Notes under the pieces: model-generated | Told to the model about the DNA's origin: nothing | Seen by the model: the letters and a program-made list of their open reading frames with translations, nothing else | The model's database searches: none | Shown: positions 18,130 to 27,972 of the stretch, piece by piece | How positions within the stretch are numbered: position 1 is the stretch's first letter | Layout: every line of letters begins with the position of its first letter | From: Blastocatellia bacterium | GTDB taxonomy: Bacteria > Acidobacteriota > Blastocatellia > RBC074 | DNA: 42,653 nt | Assembly: GCA_031371805.1 (NCBI GenBank) | Contig: JANMKB010000441.1 | Coordinates: forward strand, 1-42,653 | Reading direction: 5' to 3' | Program-made: the position numbers and the translations under genes

Positions 18130-18260
18130 TCCCTCTGAAAACTCCGTTTTCGTCACGCGTCGCAAACTGGAAAGTTTGCGCTACCTTTGCCGTCTGTTTA
18201 CAAACCTCGCTTTGCTTTGCATACTACCGTTGCTTTACTCACTAACCACGGAGGCTTTGT

Positions 18261-18611
18261 ATGCAGGAAACTACCAAAGATGAACGAATGTGGGGAATGT
18301 TATCCCATCTGGCAGCATTAGGCGTGTTTGTTTTTCCCGCCTTTGGCAACATTATTGGCCCACTCATTATCTGGCTGATCAAGAAAGATCAATCCTGGTT
18401 TGTGGATGATCAGGGCAAAGAATCGCTGAATTTTCAGATCAGTATGACGATTTACTTATTCGTGGCAAGTGCCACAATTTGTATTGGGATTGGGTTGATC
18501 GTGCTGCCTGTTTTATTTATCGCGGGAGTGGTTTTCTCAATTATTGCTGCGCTCAAGGCCAACGAAGGCGTGGTTTATCGTTATCCTCTGACGCTCAGAT
18601 TAGTTAAATAA
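18261..18611 (+). CDS. DUF4870-family small membrane protein
   Basis: ERMWGMLSHL...PLIIWLIKKD.S.FV..QGKESLNFQIS is the DUF4870 pattern. GGAGG lies 8 nt upstream of the ATG. Confidence 0.7.
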   Translation: MQETTKDERMWGMLSHLAALGVFVFPAFGNIIGPLIIWLIKKDQSWFVDDQGKESLNFQISMTIYLFVASATICIGIGLIVLPVLFIAGVVFSIIAALKANEGVVYRYPLTLRLVK

Positions 18612-18619
18612 AATAGATA

Positions 18620-20752
18620 TTATGGCTGACAGTCTTTGATTAATTCCGCGACAATGGCGGCGACTGTATGTTCATCGGGTTGAATATGAACGGTGAGTCC
18701 GCAGCGTTCGGCGGCTTGGGCTGTGACCGGGCCGATGCAGGCGATGCGAGTTTTTGCCAGATGCGCGGCCAGGTGATCCGAATCCAGCAGCAACGATAAA
18801 TTACTGACCGTTGAAGGACTGGTGAAGACGACATAAGTGGCCTGTGCGCGTGAAATCAAAGTGATGACTTCTTCGCCTGAAACATCCGGCAAAACATTTT
18901 GATAGGCTTCGACTACATCCACTGTCACACCTAATTTCTCCAGCGTTGGGCGAATCACATCACGGGTTGCTTTGGCAGCAGGCAGCAACATTCGTGTTCC
19001 GCGCATTCTTTGCCCCACGCCAAATTTTCTGATAAATGCTGCGACCAGACTTTCCGCTGTGAATTTTTCCGGCGTCAGATCAACCTGCAAATTTTCCTCG
19101 AGCAGTTTTTCCGCCGTCTTCTTGCCCACTGCGCAAATTTTCAGCGCCGCTAATTCGGCTCGTCCGTGCTGTAATTCATCAAACCGCCGCAGAAAATAAT
19201 TCACGCCATTGGAACTGGTGAACACCAGCCACTGGTAATTCCGCAGGTTCAGAATCGCCTGATCCAGCGCACTCCAATTATCGGGCGAACGGATTTCGAT
19301 AGTTGGGCAAACGATTACTTCAGCGCCGCAAGTTTGCAGAGATTGTGCCAGCGCATCTGCCTGATGACGGGCACGCGTGACGATAATCCGTTGCCCGGAA
19401 AGTGGTAGCGGTGCAATTTCAGGTTGGGGGAAATCATCAGGAGTTGAAATGACGGGCTGCTCTTCCAGTTGTAGCGGCGCAGCTTGAATTGATTGCGGGT
19501 CAGCAGAAATGACGATTTCGCCGACCGCCGCTGGCGCTGCAATTTTTGCCTCAACTGTGTGAGGTGCCTCAATCTTTTCTTCGACAAGCGCTGGCGCAGG
19601 AATTTCTTCAAAGTATGATTCTTCAACGGGCGGAACAATTGCCTGTTTAGTCAGGATTGGTTCATAACTTGTTTCAGGGGCTGTGCGGGTGGCGGTGTTA
19701 TTTTCACCGAGCGAATTACTATTTACTGAAGTTCGGGCAACCACAGGAGCCTCTGCCCAGACCTCGTCATTTATCTCATACGCCCCTGATTCGTTTAGTA
19801 ATTCATACGCGCCGGCGGCGATCAAATGACGCGCTAATAAGCTGCCGATTTCCTCGCTTTTGTATTGTGAGCCAGTCACATCGTGCCTGACCATTTTTGT
19901 TCCCGGTGTATTGCAAACCAGCGCTTCCAGGCGCAAAGAATTACTATCAGCAGCCGAACCCACCTGGCCAAAAGCCGCAATCGGAACAGCACAGCCTCCG
20001 CCCAGGCCGCGTAACAAGGCACGTTCGGCTTCGACTGCGTTGCGGGTCGGCCAATGATTCAGCCCTTCAATTAAAAAATTTGTGCGCTCGTCTTCGATGC
20101 GGGTTTCAATCCCCAACGCGCCCTGTCCCACGGCGGGCAGCAATTGATTGACGGGAATAAGTTGCGTGATGCGCGCACTGTAACCCAAACGATTCAATCC
20201 GGCAGCCGCCAGAATAATTGCATCATATTCGCCCTCTTCCAGTTTACGCAGGCGTGTTTCAACATTGCCGCGCAGTTCAATCGTTTGCGCATCCGGGCGC
20301 AGATTTTTTATTTGCGAAGCGCGACGCGGGCTACTGGTTCCAATGCGCGGTTGCACCGGCAGACTTAAAATTGAATTTACTCGTGTGGTCAGGCGGCGAT
20401 TGACGATCAACGCATCGCGCGGGTCTTCGCGTTTTGTGACGGCTCCCAAGTGCAAGCCTTCCGGCAAAGTAGTCGGTAAATCTTTCAGACTGTGGACAGC
20501 CAGATCAATCCGGTGGTCGAGCAGTGCTTCTTCAATTTCTTTGGTGAACACACCTTTGCCAGGCATGCGTGACAGCGACGCTTCGGTGAGAGTATCGCCC
20601 GTAGTTTTTATGATCTCGATTTCGACGGTGAGGCCATCGTGCAACCGTTCAAGCTCTGATTTGATCCAGTTCGCTTGCCAGAGTGCGAGCCTGCTGCCAC
20701 GAGACCCGATTATCAGGTTCGGCATATTGGAATTACTTATTCGGCGGGACAC
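18620..20752 (-). CDS. hemC: fused hydroxymethylbilane synthase (HemC) and uroporphyrinogen-III synthase (HemD) with a long low-complexity linker
   Basis: N-terminus: IGSRGSRLALWQA...TTGD...GGGCAVPIAAF (HemC, cofactor Cys). C-terminus: RIIVTRARHQADALAQSL...VFTSSNGV...VFTSPSTV (HemD). The two are joined by roughly 120 aa of P/E/A/V-rich sequence. ATG 20725 is an alternative start. Confidence 0.85.
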   Translation of the reverse strand: MSRRISNSNMPNLIIGSRGSRLALWQANWIKSELERLHDGLTVEIEIIKTTGDTLTEASLSRMPGKGVFTKEIEEALLDHRIDLAVHSLKDLPTTLPEGLHLGAVTKREDPRDALIVNRRLTTRVNSILSLPVQPRIGTSSPRRASQIKNLRPDAQTIELRGNVETRLRKLEEGEYDAIILAAAGLNRLGYSARITQLIPVNQLLPAVGQGALGIETRIEDERTNFLIEGLNHWPTRNAVEAERALLRGLGGGCAVPIAAFGQVGSAADSNSLRLEALVCNTPGTKMVRHDVTGSQYKSEEIGSLLARHLIAAGAYELLNESGAYEINDEVWAEAPVVARTSVNSNSLGENNTATRTAPETSYEPILTKQAIVPPVEESYFEEIPAPALVEEKIEAPHTVEAKIAAPAAVGEIVISADPQSIQAAPLQLEEQPVISTPDDFPQPEIAPLPLSGQRIIVTRARHQADALAQSLQTCGAEVIVCPTIEIRSPDNWSALDQAILNLRNYQWLVFTSSNGVNYFLRRFDELQHGRAELAALKICAVGKKTAEKLLEENLQVDLTPEKFTAESLVAAFIRKFGVGQRMRGTRMLLPAAKATRDVIRPTLEKLGVTVDVVEAYQNVLPDVSGEEVITLISRAQATYVVFTSPSTVSNLSLLLDSDHLAAHLAKTRIACIGPVTAQAAERCGLTVHIQPDEHTVAAIVAELIKDCQP

Positions 20753-20979
20753 GGCGGAAGATTACCGTTTTTTGTCACCTGGCGCAATGCTTAAATCTCA
20801 ATCGGAGCTAACCTTGTAGTGGGTAGCAACTTTAGTTATAGTGTGCGGCGTTCACAAACAGTGGTCAGTGGTCAGTGCTGCGTGGCTTGTTGTCCAAAGC
20901 CTGATTAAAATTGTCGTCTTTGTCGTTACACTTAATCATTACACCAGCCGCTCACCACCAGCCACGATTCACTACTAAT

Positions 20980-21933
20980 ATGACCGATTACGTTGCGAAC
21001 ATCGCCAGCCAAATCCGAACAGAAATTCATAAAGTCATTGTTGGTCAGGACGAAATCATTGACCAGATTTTGATTTGCCTTTTTGCTGAAGGTCACGCCC
21101 TGCTTGAAGGTGTGCCGGGAACCGCTAAAACGCTGCTCATCAAAACGCTGTCAAAAGTGATCGGAGCTTCTTTCAATCGCATTCAGTTCACGCCTGATTT
21201 GATGCCGTCAGATATTACAGGCACGAATGTTTTTAATCTTTCTACCGCGCAATTTACTTTGCGTTATGGCCCTGTTTTTACGGATTTGTTATTAGCCGAC
21301 GAAATTAATCGCACGCCGCCGAAGACGCAGGCCGCTTTACTGGAAGCGATGGAAGAGCGCCAGGTTTCGATTGATGGTGAAAGCCACCAGCTCTCGCCGT
21401 TATTTTTAGTACTCGCCACAGAAAATCCGATTGAATATGAAGGCACCTATCCGCTGCCCGAAGCACAACTTGATCGCTTTATGCTCAAAGTTCTTATTTC
21501 TTATCCGACCGCTGAGCAGGAGTTACAAATTGTCGCCAACTGGCAGGCCGGATTCAACGCCCGCAAACTTGAATCCGCCAATTTGCAACCCTTAGCTGAT
21601 CCCGCAACAATTGCCGAAGCGCGGGCGGCAGTTCGTCAGGTAATCGTTGAGCCGGGAGTGCAAAAATATTTAGTAGATATTGTCCGACGCACCCGGGAGC
21701 ACCCGAACATGCATTGGGGCGCCAGCCCGCGTGCGTCTGTCGCTTTATTGCTGGCAAGTAAAGCACTGGCGGCAATGCGCAGTCGTGATTTTGTCACCCC
21801 GGATGATGTGCGCGATGTCGCACGTCCGGTGCTTCGTCATCGGGTCGTCATGCGCTCTGATGCAGAAATTGAAGGCATCACCGCTGACCAGGTTATTGAT
21901 GAAATTTTAGTCTCGGTAGAAGTGCCGCGCTAG
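20980..21933 (+). CDS. moxR: MoxR-like AAA+ ATPase
   Basis: [33 protein letters not shown] (Walker A), LLADEINR (Walker B), and [22 protein letters not shown]. The start is placed at ATG 20980; the TTG at 20911 would read through a repeat tract. Confidence 0.9.
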   Translation: MTDYVANIASQIRTEIHKVIVGQDEIIDQILICLFAEGHALLEGVPGTAKTLLIKTLSKVIGASFNRIQFTPDLMPSDITGTNVFNLSTAQFTLRYGPVFTDLLLADEINRTPPKTQAALLEAMEERQVSIDGESHQLSPLFLVLATENPIEYEGTYPLPEAQLDRFMLKVLISYPTAEQELQIVANWQAGFNARKLESANLQPLADPATIAEARAAVRQVIVEPGVQKYLVDIVRRTREHPNMHWGASPRASVALLLASKALAAMRSRDFVTPDDVRDVARPVLRHRVVMRSDAEIEGITADQVIDEILVSVEVPR

Positions 21934-22015
21934 TAACCAGTGGATGATCAGGAGTCAGTGAGTTGGGAATAAAATTCTGGCAAACTCACTAACCACCGAC
22001 CACTGACCACCATTT

Positions 22016-23335
22016 ATGCTTTTCACCCGCCGCTTTTTCATTCTGCTTGTTATTGGTATTTTCCTGCCAGTAATCACCTGGCCATGGATGGGGAGCCGGT
22101 GGTTATTGATTGCGTGGAATGTCGCCTTATTTTTAGTAGCGTGGCTGGATTATCGGCAAATGGAAAATCCCGCGCAAATTCAGGTTACGCGCAATTTGTC
22201 CAAACGCTTCATCATCGGCGCTGAAAACGAAGTCCATCTTGCCCTGACAATTCGCCCTGCCCGCGAAATTACCTTTACCATTAAAGACGAATACCCGCCT
22301 GATTTAAAATTATGTGGTGCGCGAATATTGACCGCGAAGGTACCAAAAAATTCGCGCCAGCCTGTGCTGCAAAGTTATCAATTGTTTGCGGCGGCGCGTG
22401 GCGATTATCATTTTGGCGATGTGATTTTGCGCTGGGTTTCGCCGCTGGGCTTAGTCATAAAACAAACCCGCATCGCAGCGCAACAAAGCGTTAAAGTTTA
22501 TCCAAATCTCAGCGCGGCCAAACAACAGGAATTGTTGGCACAACGCAATCGCCTGATGCAGATGGGCATTCGGCGCACGCGCTTAAAAGGGCAGGGCCGG
22601 GAATTTGAAAGCCTTCGCGATTATGTACGCGGTGATGCGTTGCGGCATATTTCGTGGACAGCAACCGCCCGGCGCGGCAAATTAGTCACGCGGCAATATC
22701 AGGCTGAGCGTAACCAAAACATCGTTGTGTTAATTGATGCCGGACGCCTGATGACTTCGCGGATTGATGATCTTTCCAAACTTGACCACGCTATCAACGC
22801 GGCTCTGGCGGTCGGCTTTGTCGCCAATCGTGGGCACGATAATGTGGGCTTATTAGCCTTTACTCGCGAAGTCGTCACATACTTGCCACCGGAACAGGGG
22901 AACGCGCAAATCAACGCCATGCAGGAAGCGTTGTATAACTTAAAGCCCGGCATGATTGAGCCATCTTATGCCCGCGCTTTTCAATATTTTTCCAAACATT
23001 GTAAACGTCGGTCACTGGCAATTATTTTGACTGACCTGATTGACCGCGAAGCTTCGGCGGAACTACTGGCTTATACCGCTACTTTACTTCCACGCCATTT
23101 ACCTTTGATTGTTACTATCGGCGATAATGATTTACGCGCCTTAACCTCGGAGCCTCCGCAAGAGGTAGTTGATGTTTATCGTCAAAGTGTCGCGGAAGCA
23201 TTATTGCAACAACGGGAAGAAGCTTTGGCGCGCATTATTGAATTAGGTGGCTTAGCCCTGGATGTCCCCGCCGGGCAACTTTCCTTTCAACTGGTCAATA
23301 AGTATTTGGAGGTAAAAGCTCGCGGCTTACTTTAA
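22016..23335 (+). CDS. DUF58 domain protein (MoxR partner, VWA-like fold)
   Basis: Two N-terminal TM helices, then [29 protein letters not shown]...[10 protein letters not shown], the DUF58 signature. It lies directly downstream of moxR. Confidence 0.85.
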   Translation: MLFTRRFFILLVIGIFLPVITWPWMGSRWLLIAWNVALFLVAWLDYRQMENPAQIQVTRNLSKRFIIGAENEVHLALTIRPAREITFTIKDEYPPDLKLCGARILTAKVPKNSRQPVLQSYQLFAAARGDYHFGDVILRWVSPLGLVIKQTRIAAQQSVKVYPNLSAAKQQELLAQRNRLMQMGIRRTRLKGQGREFESLRDYVRGDALRHISWTATARRGKLVTRQYQAERNQNIVVLIDAGRLMTSRIDDLSKLDHAINAALAVGFVANRGHDNVGLLAFTREVVTYLPPEQGNAQINAMQEALYNLKPGMIEPSYARAFQYFSKHCKRRSLAIILTDLIDREASAELLAYTATLLPRHLPLIVTIGDNDLRALTSEPPQEVVDVYRQSVAEALLQQREEALARIIELGGLALDVPAGQLSFQLVNKYLEVKARGLL

Positions 23336-23358
23336 ATAGTCAGCCTAATTTACAAGCA

Positions 23359-24894
23359 ATGCAAAGCGAAACTACTAATCGAAAAGCACAAATAATTAGT
23401 ACGACAGCGTTTATTCTGGCGGTACTTGCGGCAATTTTTCTACGCCTTTACTTACTCGAACTAAAACCATTACATCATGACGAAGGAGTCAACTCGCACT
23501 TTCTTTTGAATCTGGCGCATGATCATAAGTATATTTATGACCCGATCAATTATCACGGCCCGACACTTTATTACTTTACTTTGATTTCGCTGGCGATTTT
23601 TGGCGAAACAGATTTTGCTCTAAGGGTTTATCCGGCAATTTGTGGCGTCCTGACCGTACTCTTAATCTGGGGATTACGGAAAGGCTTAGGCTTAGTTGGT
23701 ACACCTGCCGCCGCCTGGTGCCTGGCTTTGTCACCGGGACTGGTTTACTTTTCCCGCGATTTTATTCACGAATCCTCGTTCGGGTTATTTACTGTCGGAA
23801 TGATTGTTGCGCTTTATCACTGGAAAAGTACGTATGGAATTATTTTCTTTTCGATCTTTACCGGGTTACTATTTACGACCAAAGAAACATCAGTTCATAG
23901 TACAATCGTTTTATTATTATCAGTTATCGCATCCTTACTGTGGGAATGGCTAAGAAAACTAATGAATGGAGACAGGCCAGCTATACTAATCCCTCAGCCT
24001 GGCTTACACCGTGATTTATTATTAAGATCATTGTCAGGATTTCTTAGCATCTTTGTTATTATTTATCTTAGTTTCTATACCTCATTTTTTACTAACCTGC
24101 GCGGCCCGTATGATTTCCTGCGCTCAGTCTTTATGTGGACAGGTCGGGGAGTAACGGAACATATCCACGATCACGCCTTCACTTATTACCTGGGAGTTTT
24201 GATTAAGCTCGAATTACCTTTTGTGATTGCCCTGGTAATTGGCATAGGTATTACCTTATGGCGCGGCAGCAGGTTTGGATTGTTTACTATGGCGTGGGCT
24301 TGCGGGATGGTTTTAGGCTATTCACTTATCCCTTATAAAACTCCCTGGCTGATGGTAAGTATGTTAATTGCCCTGGCGGTATTTAGCGGTTATGTGGCGC
24401 AACTTATCTTTGAGATTTTAAAATATACGGCCCCGCAATTGGCCTTTATTGCAGTTTTAATTAGCTTTGCCCTCCCTATTGCGAAAACTTCCTGGTCGGT
24501 AAATTTTGTTAACTATGACGATAATAATAACTCGACAGGTTACGTAAAATCTTTCGGCGAGAGATTGAAGCTCAGAGCCTATTCGGATACACAGTACGGC
24601 TATGTCTACGCACAAACAGACAGAAATTTACTTAAGCTGGTCAATGAGATTACCCAGGTCAAGCCCGCCTCAATTCATATTTCATCGCCGGATTACTGGC
24701 CACTGCCCTGGTATTTGCGGAATTGGACAATTACTGGCTATACGCAGGAGGTGCCGGACAAATTTTCCGGCCCACTGTTAATCGCCACTGCCAGTCAACG
24801 AGAAGATGCTGAGCAAAAATTACAGGGACATTATCGTTCGCAGGAATTTGTTTTGCGACCAGGGGTTAACTTGATTCTGTATACCAAAGAATAG
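23359..24894 (+). CDS. polytopic membrane protein, GT39/ArnT-like glycosyltransferase fold (TIGR03663-like)
   Basis: 511 aa with at least 10 hydrophobic segments. The N-terminal LRLYLLELKPLHHDEG motif is typical of PMT_2/TIGR03663-type proteins. The function is inferred only. Confidence 0.5.
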   Translation: MQSETTNRKAQIISTTAFILAVLAAIFLRLYLLELKPLHHDEGVNSHFLLNLAHDHKYIYDPINYHGPTLYYFTLISLAIFGETDFALRVYPAICGVLTVLLIWGLRKGLGLVGTPAAAWCLALSPGLVYFSRDFIHESSFGLFTVGMIVALYHWKSTYGIIFFSIFTGLLFTTKETSVHSTIVLLLSVIASLLWEWLRKLMNGDRPAILIPQPGLHRDLLLRSLSGFLSIFVIIYLSFYTSFFTNLRGPYDFLRSVFMWTGRGVTEHIHDHAFTYYLGVLIKLELPFVIALVIGIGITLWRGSRFGLFTMAWACGMVLGYSLIPYKTPWLMVSMLIALAVFSGYVAQLIFEILKYTAPQLAFIAVLISFALPIAKTSWSVNFVNYDDNNNSTGYVKSFGERLKLRAYSDTQYGYVYAQTDRNLLKLVNEITQVKPASIHISSPDYWPLPWYLRNWTITGYTQEVPDKFSGPLLIATASQREDAEQKLQGHYRSQEFVLRPGVNLILYTKE

Positions 24895-24896
24895 TA

Positions 24897-25000
24897 GGTA
24901 CAGTAGGCGTCCCGCCTGCTGAAGAGGCTGATATTCACAAGTGCTTTCAGGTAAATCTGTACCCTAACCTCATTGGACAGGCGGGACGCCTATCCTATAC
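24897..25000. repeat. REP-like inverted pair of the GATAGGCGTCCCGCCTGTC unit (copy 1)
   Basis: Left arm TAGGCGTCCCGCCTG at 24904-24918 and right arm CAGGCGGGACGCCTA at 24978-24992, separated by 59 nt. It lies immediately after the stop of the preceding gene. Confidence 0.8.
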
Positions 25001-25078
25001 TTGCAAATTCTCACAACCTTTGTGAATACTTCATCGTACTCTTGGATACTCTTTTGGTTTTACAACTTCGGAGCACTC

Positions 25079-26623
25079 ATGAAAAAACTCATTGCGGCTT
25101 TTATTTCCTTATCGTTTGCCTATTGTTTGAATTCGATTACTGTTGCCCAGTCACCTGACAAAATCCTCAAACAAGCCATCAAGGCAATGACCAATGGGGG
25201 TGGCGAAAAAACGCTCAGAAACGTCAAATCCTGGCAAGTCAAAGGTACAGTCACACGCACAAGCGATGGCGAATCCGGCAAATATCAGGCGGCGGCGATG
25301 TTGCCTAATTTATATACTGAAATGTTCGATTTGCGCGGACTGGAAACAAGTGTTGGTTACAACGGTAAGTCAGGCTGGGGCCGCGATTCACGCAACGGGT
25401 TGCGAACTATCACAGGCGAGGCGAGCCGCGATTTCCAGGCCGAAGCTGCGTATCGAAACTCATGCTGGTTGGATTACAAAAAAGAAAAAGCCAGGCTTGC
25501 GTTTGCGCCGTCAATAGTCAACGGAAAACGCGTCAACACCGTCGTACTGACGACTGCCAAAAATGTGAAGCTCAAAATGCACTTTGACCCGACTTCGAGC
25601 TTGCTCGTGCGCGAAGAAATGTCAGCGGGTGCAGTCACAAAAACCTTCGATTACTCCGATTATAAAGCCGTAGACGGAATCATGGAGGCCCAGACAATCA
25701 TCGCCACTATTGATAAAGAAGTTTATGAAATCAGGCTTGACCAAATCACTCATAACCCAGCGCTGGATCGCGCTGCTTTTGATTTTCCAAAAATCTCCAG
25801 CGAGCCGTTGCCGGACATTGCAGGGTTACTGAAAGAGGTCAAAGCCAATGAAGATCAGGTAGATGATCTGCTCGAAAAATATACCTTTACTGAAAAACAA
25901 ACTGACCGCGAAACGGATCAAACGGGGCAGCTCCGCGAGAAGGAATCGAAGGTTTACGAGTTGACATTTTATAAAGGAAATCGCATCCGCCGACTGATTG
26001 AAAAGAACGGGAAACCGCTTTCGCCCAGCGAGGTTGAAGACCAAAATAAGCGTATTGAGAAGCGTGTCCGCAACCTTGAAAAACGTGAGACTGAAAAAGA
26101 AAAGAAAGCAGGCAAAGATCGTGAAGTCGCGCAGGAAACGGATGGAACGCCTGACGCTGAGCGTGGGAAAAGGCCTTCGATTTCGGACATTTTACGAGCT
26201 TCAAAGCTGGTCAACCCGCGCCGTGAACGCTTTCGCGGACGTGAGGTCATTGTCTTTGATTTCGAGCCGCTGCCTGGATATAAACCGCAAAAAGATTACG
26301 AAAAATTCTTTGGCAAAGCCGTCGGCGCTATTTGGGTTGATGTTGCCGATAAACAAGCTGCCCGTGTCGAGGCACGTTTAGTGGAATCCTACAAAGTCGG
26401 TGGAGGCCTAGTGGCTTCACTGAAAGAAGGCGCAACATTCATGCTGGAAAAGGATCGCATCAATAATGAAATCTGGCTGCCAACGCGGGCAGATATTAAT
26501 TTATCGGTGCGAGTTTTACTGGTGAAAGGCATCACGGCAAATACACTGATTGAGTTTGGTAACTACCAGCGATTTAATGTGGATGCTGAGAAAGAAAAAT
26601 TGAAAGACCCGACGAAGCCATAG
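25079..26623 (+). CDS. secreted hypothetical protein with a central K/E-rich charged segment
   Basis: ATG 25079 is followed by a signal peptide (KKLIAAFISLSFAYCLNSITVAQ). The middle region is EKRVRNLEKRETEKEKKAGKDRE. No family was recognised; the flanks may be LolA-like. Confidence 0.6.
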   Translation: MKKLIAAFISLSFAYCLNSITVAQSPDKILKQAIKAMTNGGGEKTLRNVKSWQVKGTVTRTSDGESGKYQAAAMLPNLYTEMFDLRGLETSVGYNGKSGWGRDSRNGLRTITGEASRDFQAEAAYRNSCWLDYKKEKARLAFAPSIVNGKRVNTVVLTTAKNVKLKMHFDPTSSLLVREEMSAGAVTKTFDYSDYKAVDGIMEAQTIIATIDKEVYEIRLDQITHNPALDRAAFDFPKISSEPLPDIAGLLKEVKANEDQVDDLLEKYTFTEKQTDRETDQTGQLREKESKVYELTFYKGNRIRRLIEKNGKPLSPSEVEDQNKRIEKRVRNLEKRETEKEKKAGKDREVAQETDGTPDAERGKRPSISDILRASKLVNPRRERFRGREVIVFDFEPLPGYKPQKDYEKFFGKAVGAIWVDVADKQAARVEARLVESYKVGGGLVASLKEGATFMLEKDRINNEIWLPTRADINLSVRVLLVKGITANTLIEFGNYQRFNVDAEKEKLKDPTKP

Positions 26624-26629
26624 CCAGGA

Positions 26630-26681
26630 GTTCAGAGTTATGCCTTCGCCGACATTCACGCCTGAAGGCGTAACTCTGAAC
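26630..26681 (+). terminator. 18-bp stem hairpin downstream of the 25079-26623 gene (no U-tract)
   Basis: GTTCAGAGTTATGCCTTC (26630-26647) pairs with GAAGGCGTAACTCTGAAC (26664-26681), with one G.U pair. The loop is 16 nt. Confidence 0.45.
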
Positions 26682-26781
26682 GGCTTGAAGCGAACCAGCT
26701 AAAAGTTTATTCTATCCTTCGTGAAGTCATCATATTCGTGATGATACAAACCAGGAACGCAGCTCATCGAATAAAAATTTT

Positions 26782-27972
26782 ATGTCTGAGAATCGCCCCG
26801 AAACTCCGGTCAGGCTTATGTCTATGGACGCCTACCGTGGCTTTGTCATGTTCTTAATGATGGCGGAAGTGCTGGAACTTTCGCATGTCGCCGCTGCTCA
26901 TCCCGGCAATTCATTCTGGAGCGTTTTAGCGTGGGGACAAACCCATGTAGCGTGGTTCGGATGTTCGCTCCACGATTTGATTCAGCCGTCATTTTCTTTC
27001 CTCGTCGGCGTCGCGTTGCCCTATTCCATTGCCAGCCGCATCACCAAAGGACAATCACAACCTGTGATGTTCGCGCATGCGGCGTGGCGTTCCTTACTAC
27101 TGATTTTATTGGGCGTTTTTTTGCGCTCGACGCATCACACGCAAACGTACTGGACATTTGAAGACACACTCTCGCAAATCGGCCTGGGATATTTAATTTT
27201 GTTCGCGCTTGGTTTTCGCTCAATGAAAACAATCTGGATTGCGTTCGCAATAATTGTGGGGGGTTACTGGCTGGCAAATATTTTGTATCCATTGCCGCCT
27301 GCCGGATTCGATTACGCTGCGGTCGGAGTCCCCGCAGATTGGGCGTATCACGCAACTGGCATCGCCGCGCACTTCAATAAAAATAGTAATCTGGCCTGGG
27401 CGTTTGATACGTGGTTTTTGAATTTGTTTGCGCGTGAGAAAATTTTTACGCATAACGGCGGCGGCTATGCGACTCTCAGTTTTATCCCGACGCTCGGCAC
27501 AATGATTTTAGGCCTGGTCGCCGGGCGCTGGCTGAAATCTGATCTTCCAAATAACGAAAAGTTACGCCGCTTTTTGTTTGCGGGAGTCATTGGCATCGCA
27601 CTTGGATTATTGCTGCACTTTGCTGGTATCTGTCCACTGGTCAAACGTATCTGGACGCCAACGTGGACGATTTTCAGCGGCGGCGCATGCTTCCTGTTAC
27701 TGGCATTTTTTTACCGGACGATTGATCTGAAGGGATGGCACAAATGGTCGTTCTGGTTGACGGTCATCGGGATGAATTCAATTGCGATTTATGTACTGGT
27801 GCATACGATTCAGGACTTCCTTATTGAATCGTTCAAAATCCATCTGGGGCAGAATATCTTCAAAATTTTCGGCGAAGGGAATCAGTACTTGCTGAGCGGA
27901 AGTGCAGTTTTGTTAACGTTTTGGTTAATTTTATACTGGATGTATAAGAAGAAGTTGTTCGTGCGGATTTAG
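26782..27972 (+). CDS. acyltransferase-3 / DUF5009 (heparan-alpha-glucosaminide N-acetyltransferase-like) membrane protein
   Basis: [18 protein letters not shown]-terminal motif and about 10 TM segments. Confidence 0.6.
   Translation: MSENRPETPVRLMSMDAYRGFVMFLMMAEVLELSHVAAAHPGNSFWSVLAWGQTHVAWFGCSLHDLIQPSFSFLVGVALPYSIASRITKGQSQPVMFAHAAWRSLLLILLGVFLRSTHHTQTYWTFEDTLSQIGLGYLILFALGFRSMKTIWIAFAIIVGGYWLANILYPLPPAGFDYAAVGVPADWAYHATGIAAHFNKNSNLAWAFDTWFLNLFAREKIFTHNGGGYATLSFIPTLGTMILGLVAGRWLKSDLPNNEKLRRFLFAGVIGIALGLLLHFAGICPLVKRIWTPTWTIFSGGACFLLLAFFYRTIDLKGWHKWSFWLTVIGMNSIAIYVLVHTIQDFLIESFKIHLGQNIFKIFGEGNQYLLSGSAVLLTFWLILYWMYKKKLFVRI

Noticed and set aside
12282-22011. Heptamer tracts as a CRISPR array or minisatellite locus.
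   Set aside because: The units are 7 nt and directly tandem (3-4 copies) with no spacers. They are dispersed at several intergenic sites. No repeat-spacer architecture and no cas genes are present.
24973-25158. ORF MDRRDAYPILAN..., and the N-terminal extensions of the tracked ORFs at 25001 and 33388.
   Set aside because: They are translations of the GATAGGCGTCCCGCCTGTC repeat arms. Signal-peptide-bearing internal ATGs (25079, 33493) give sensible proteins.
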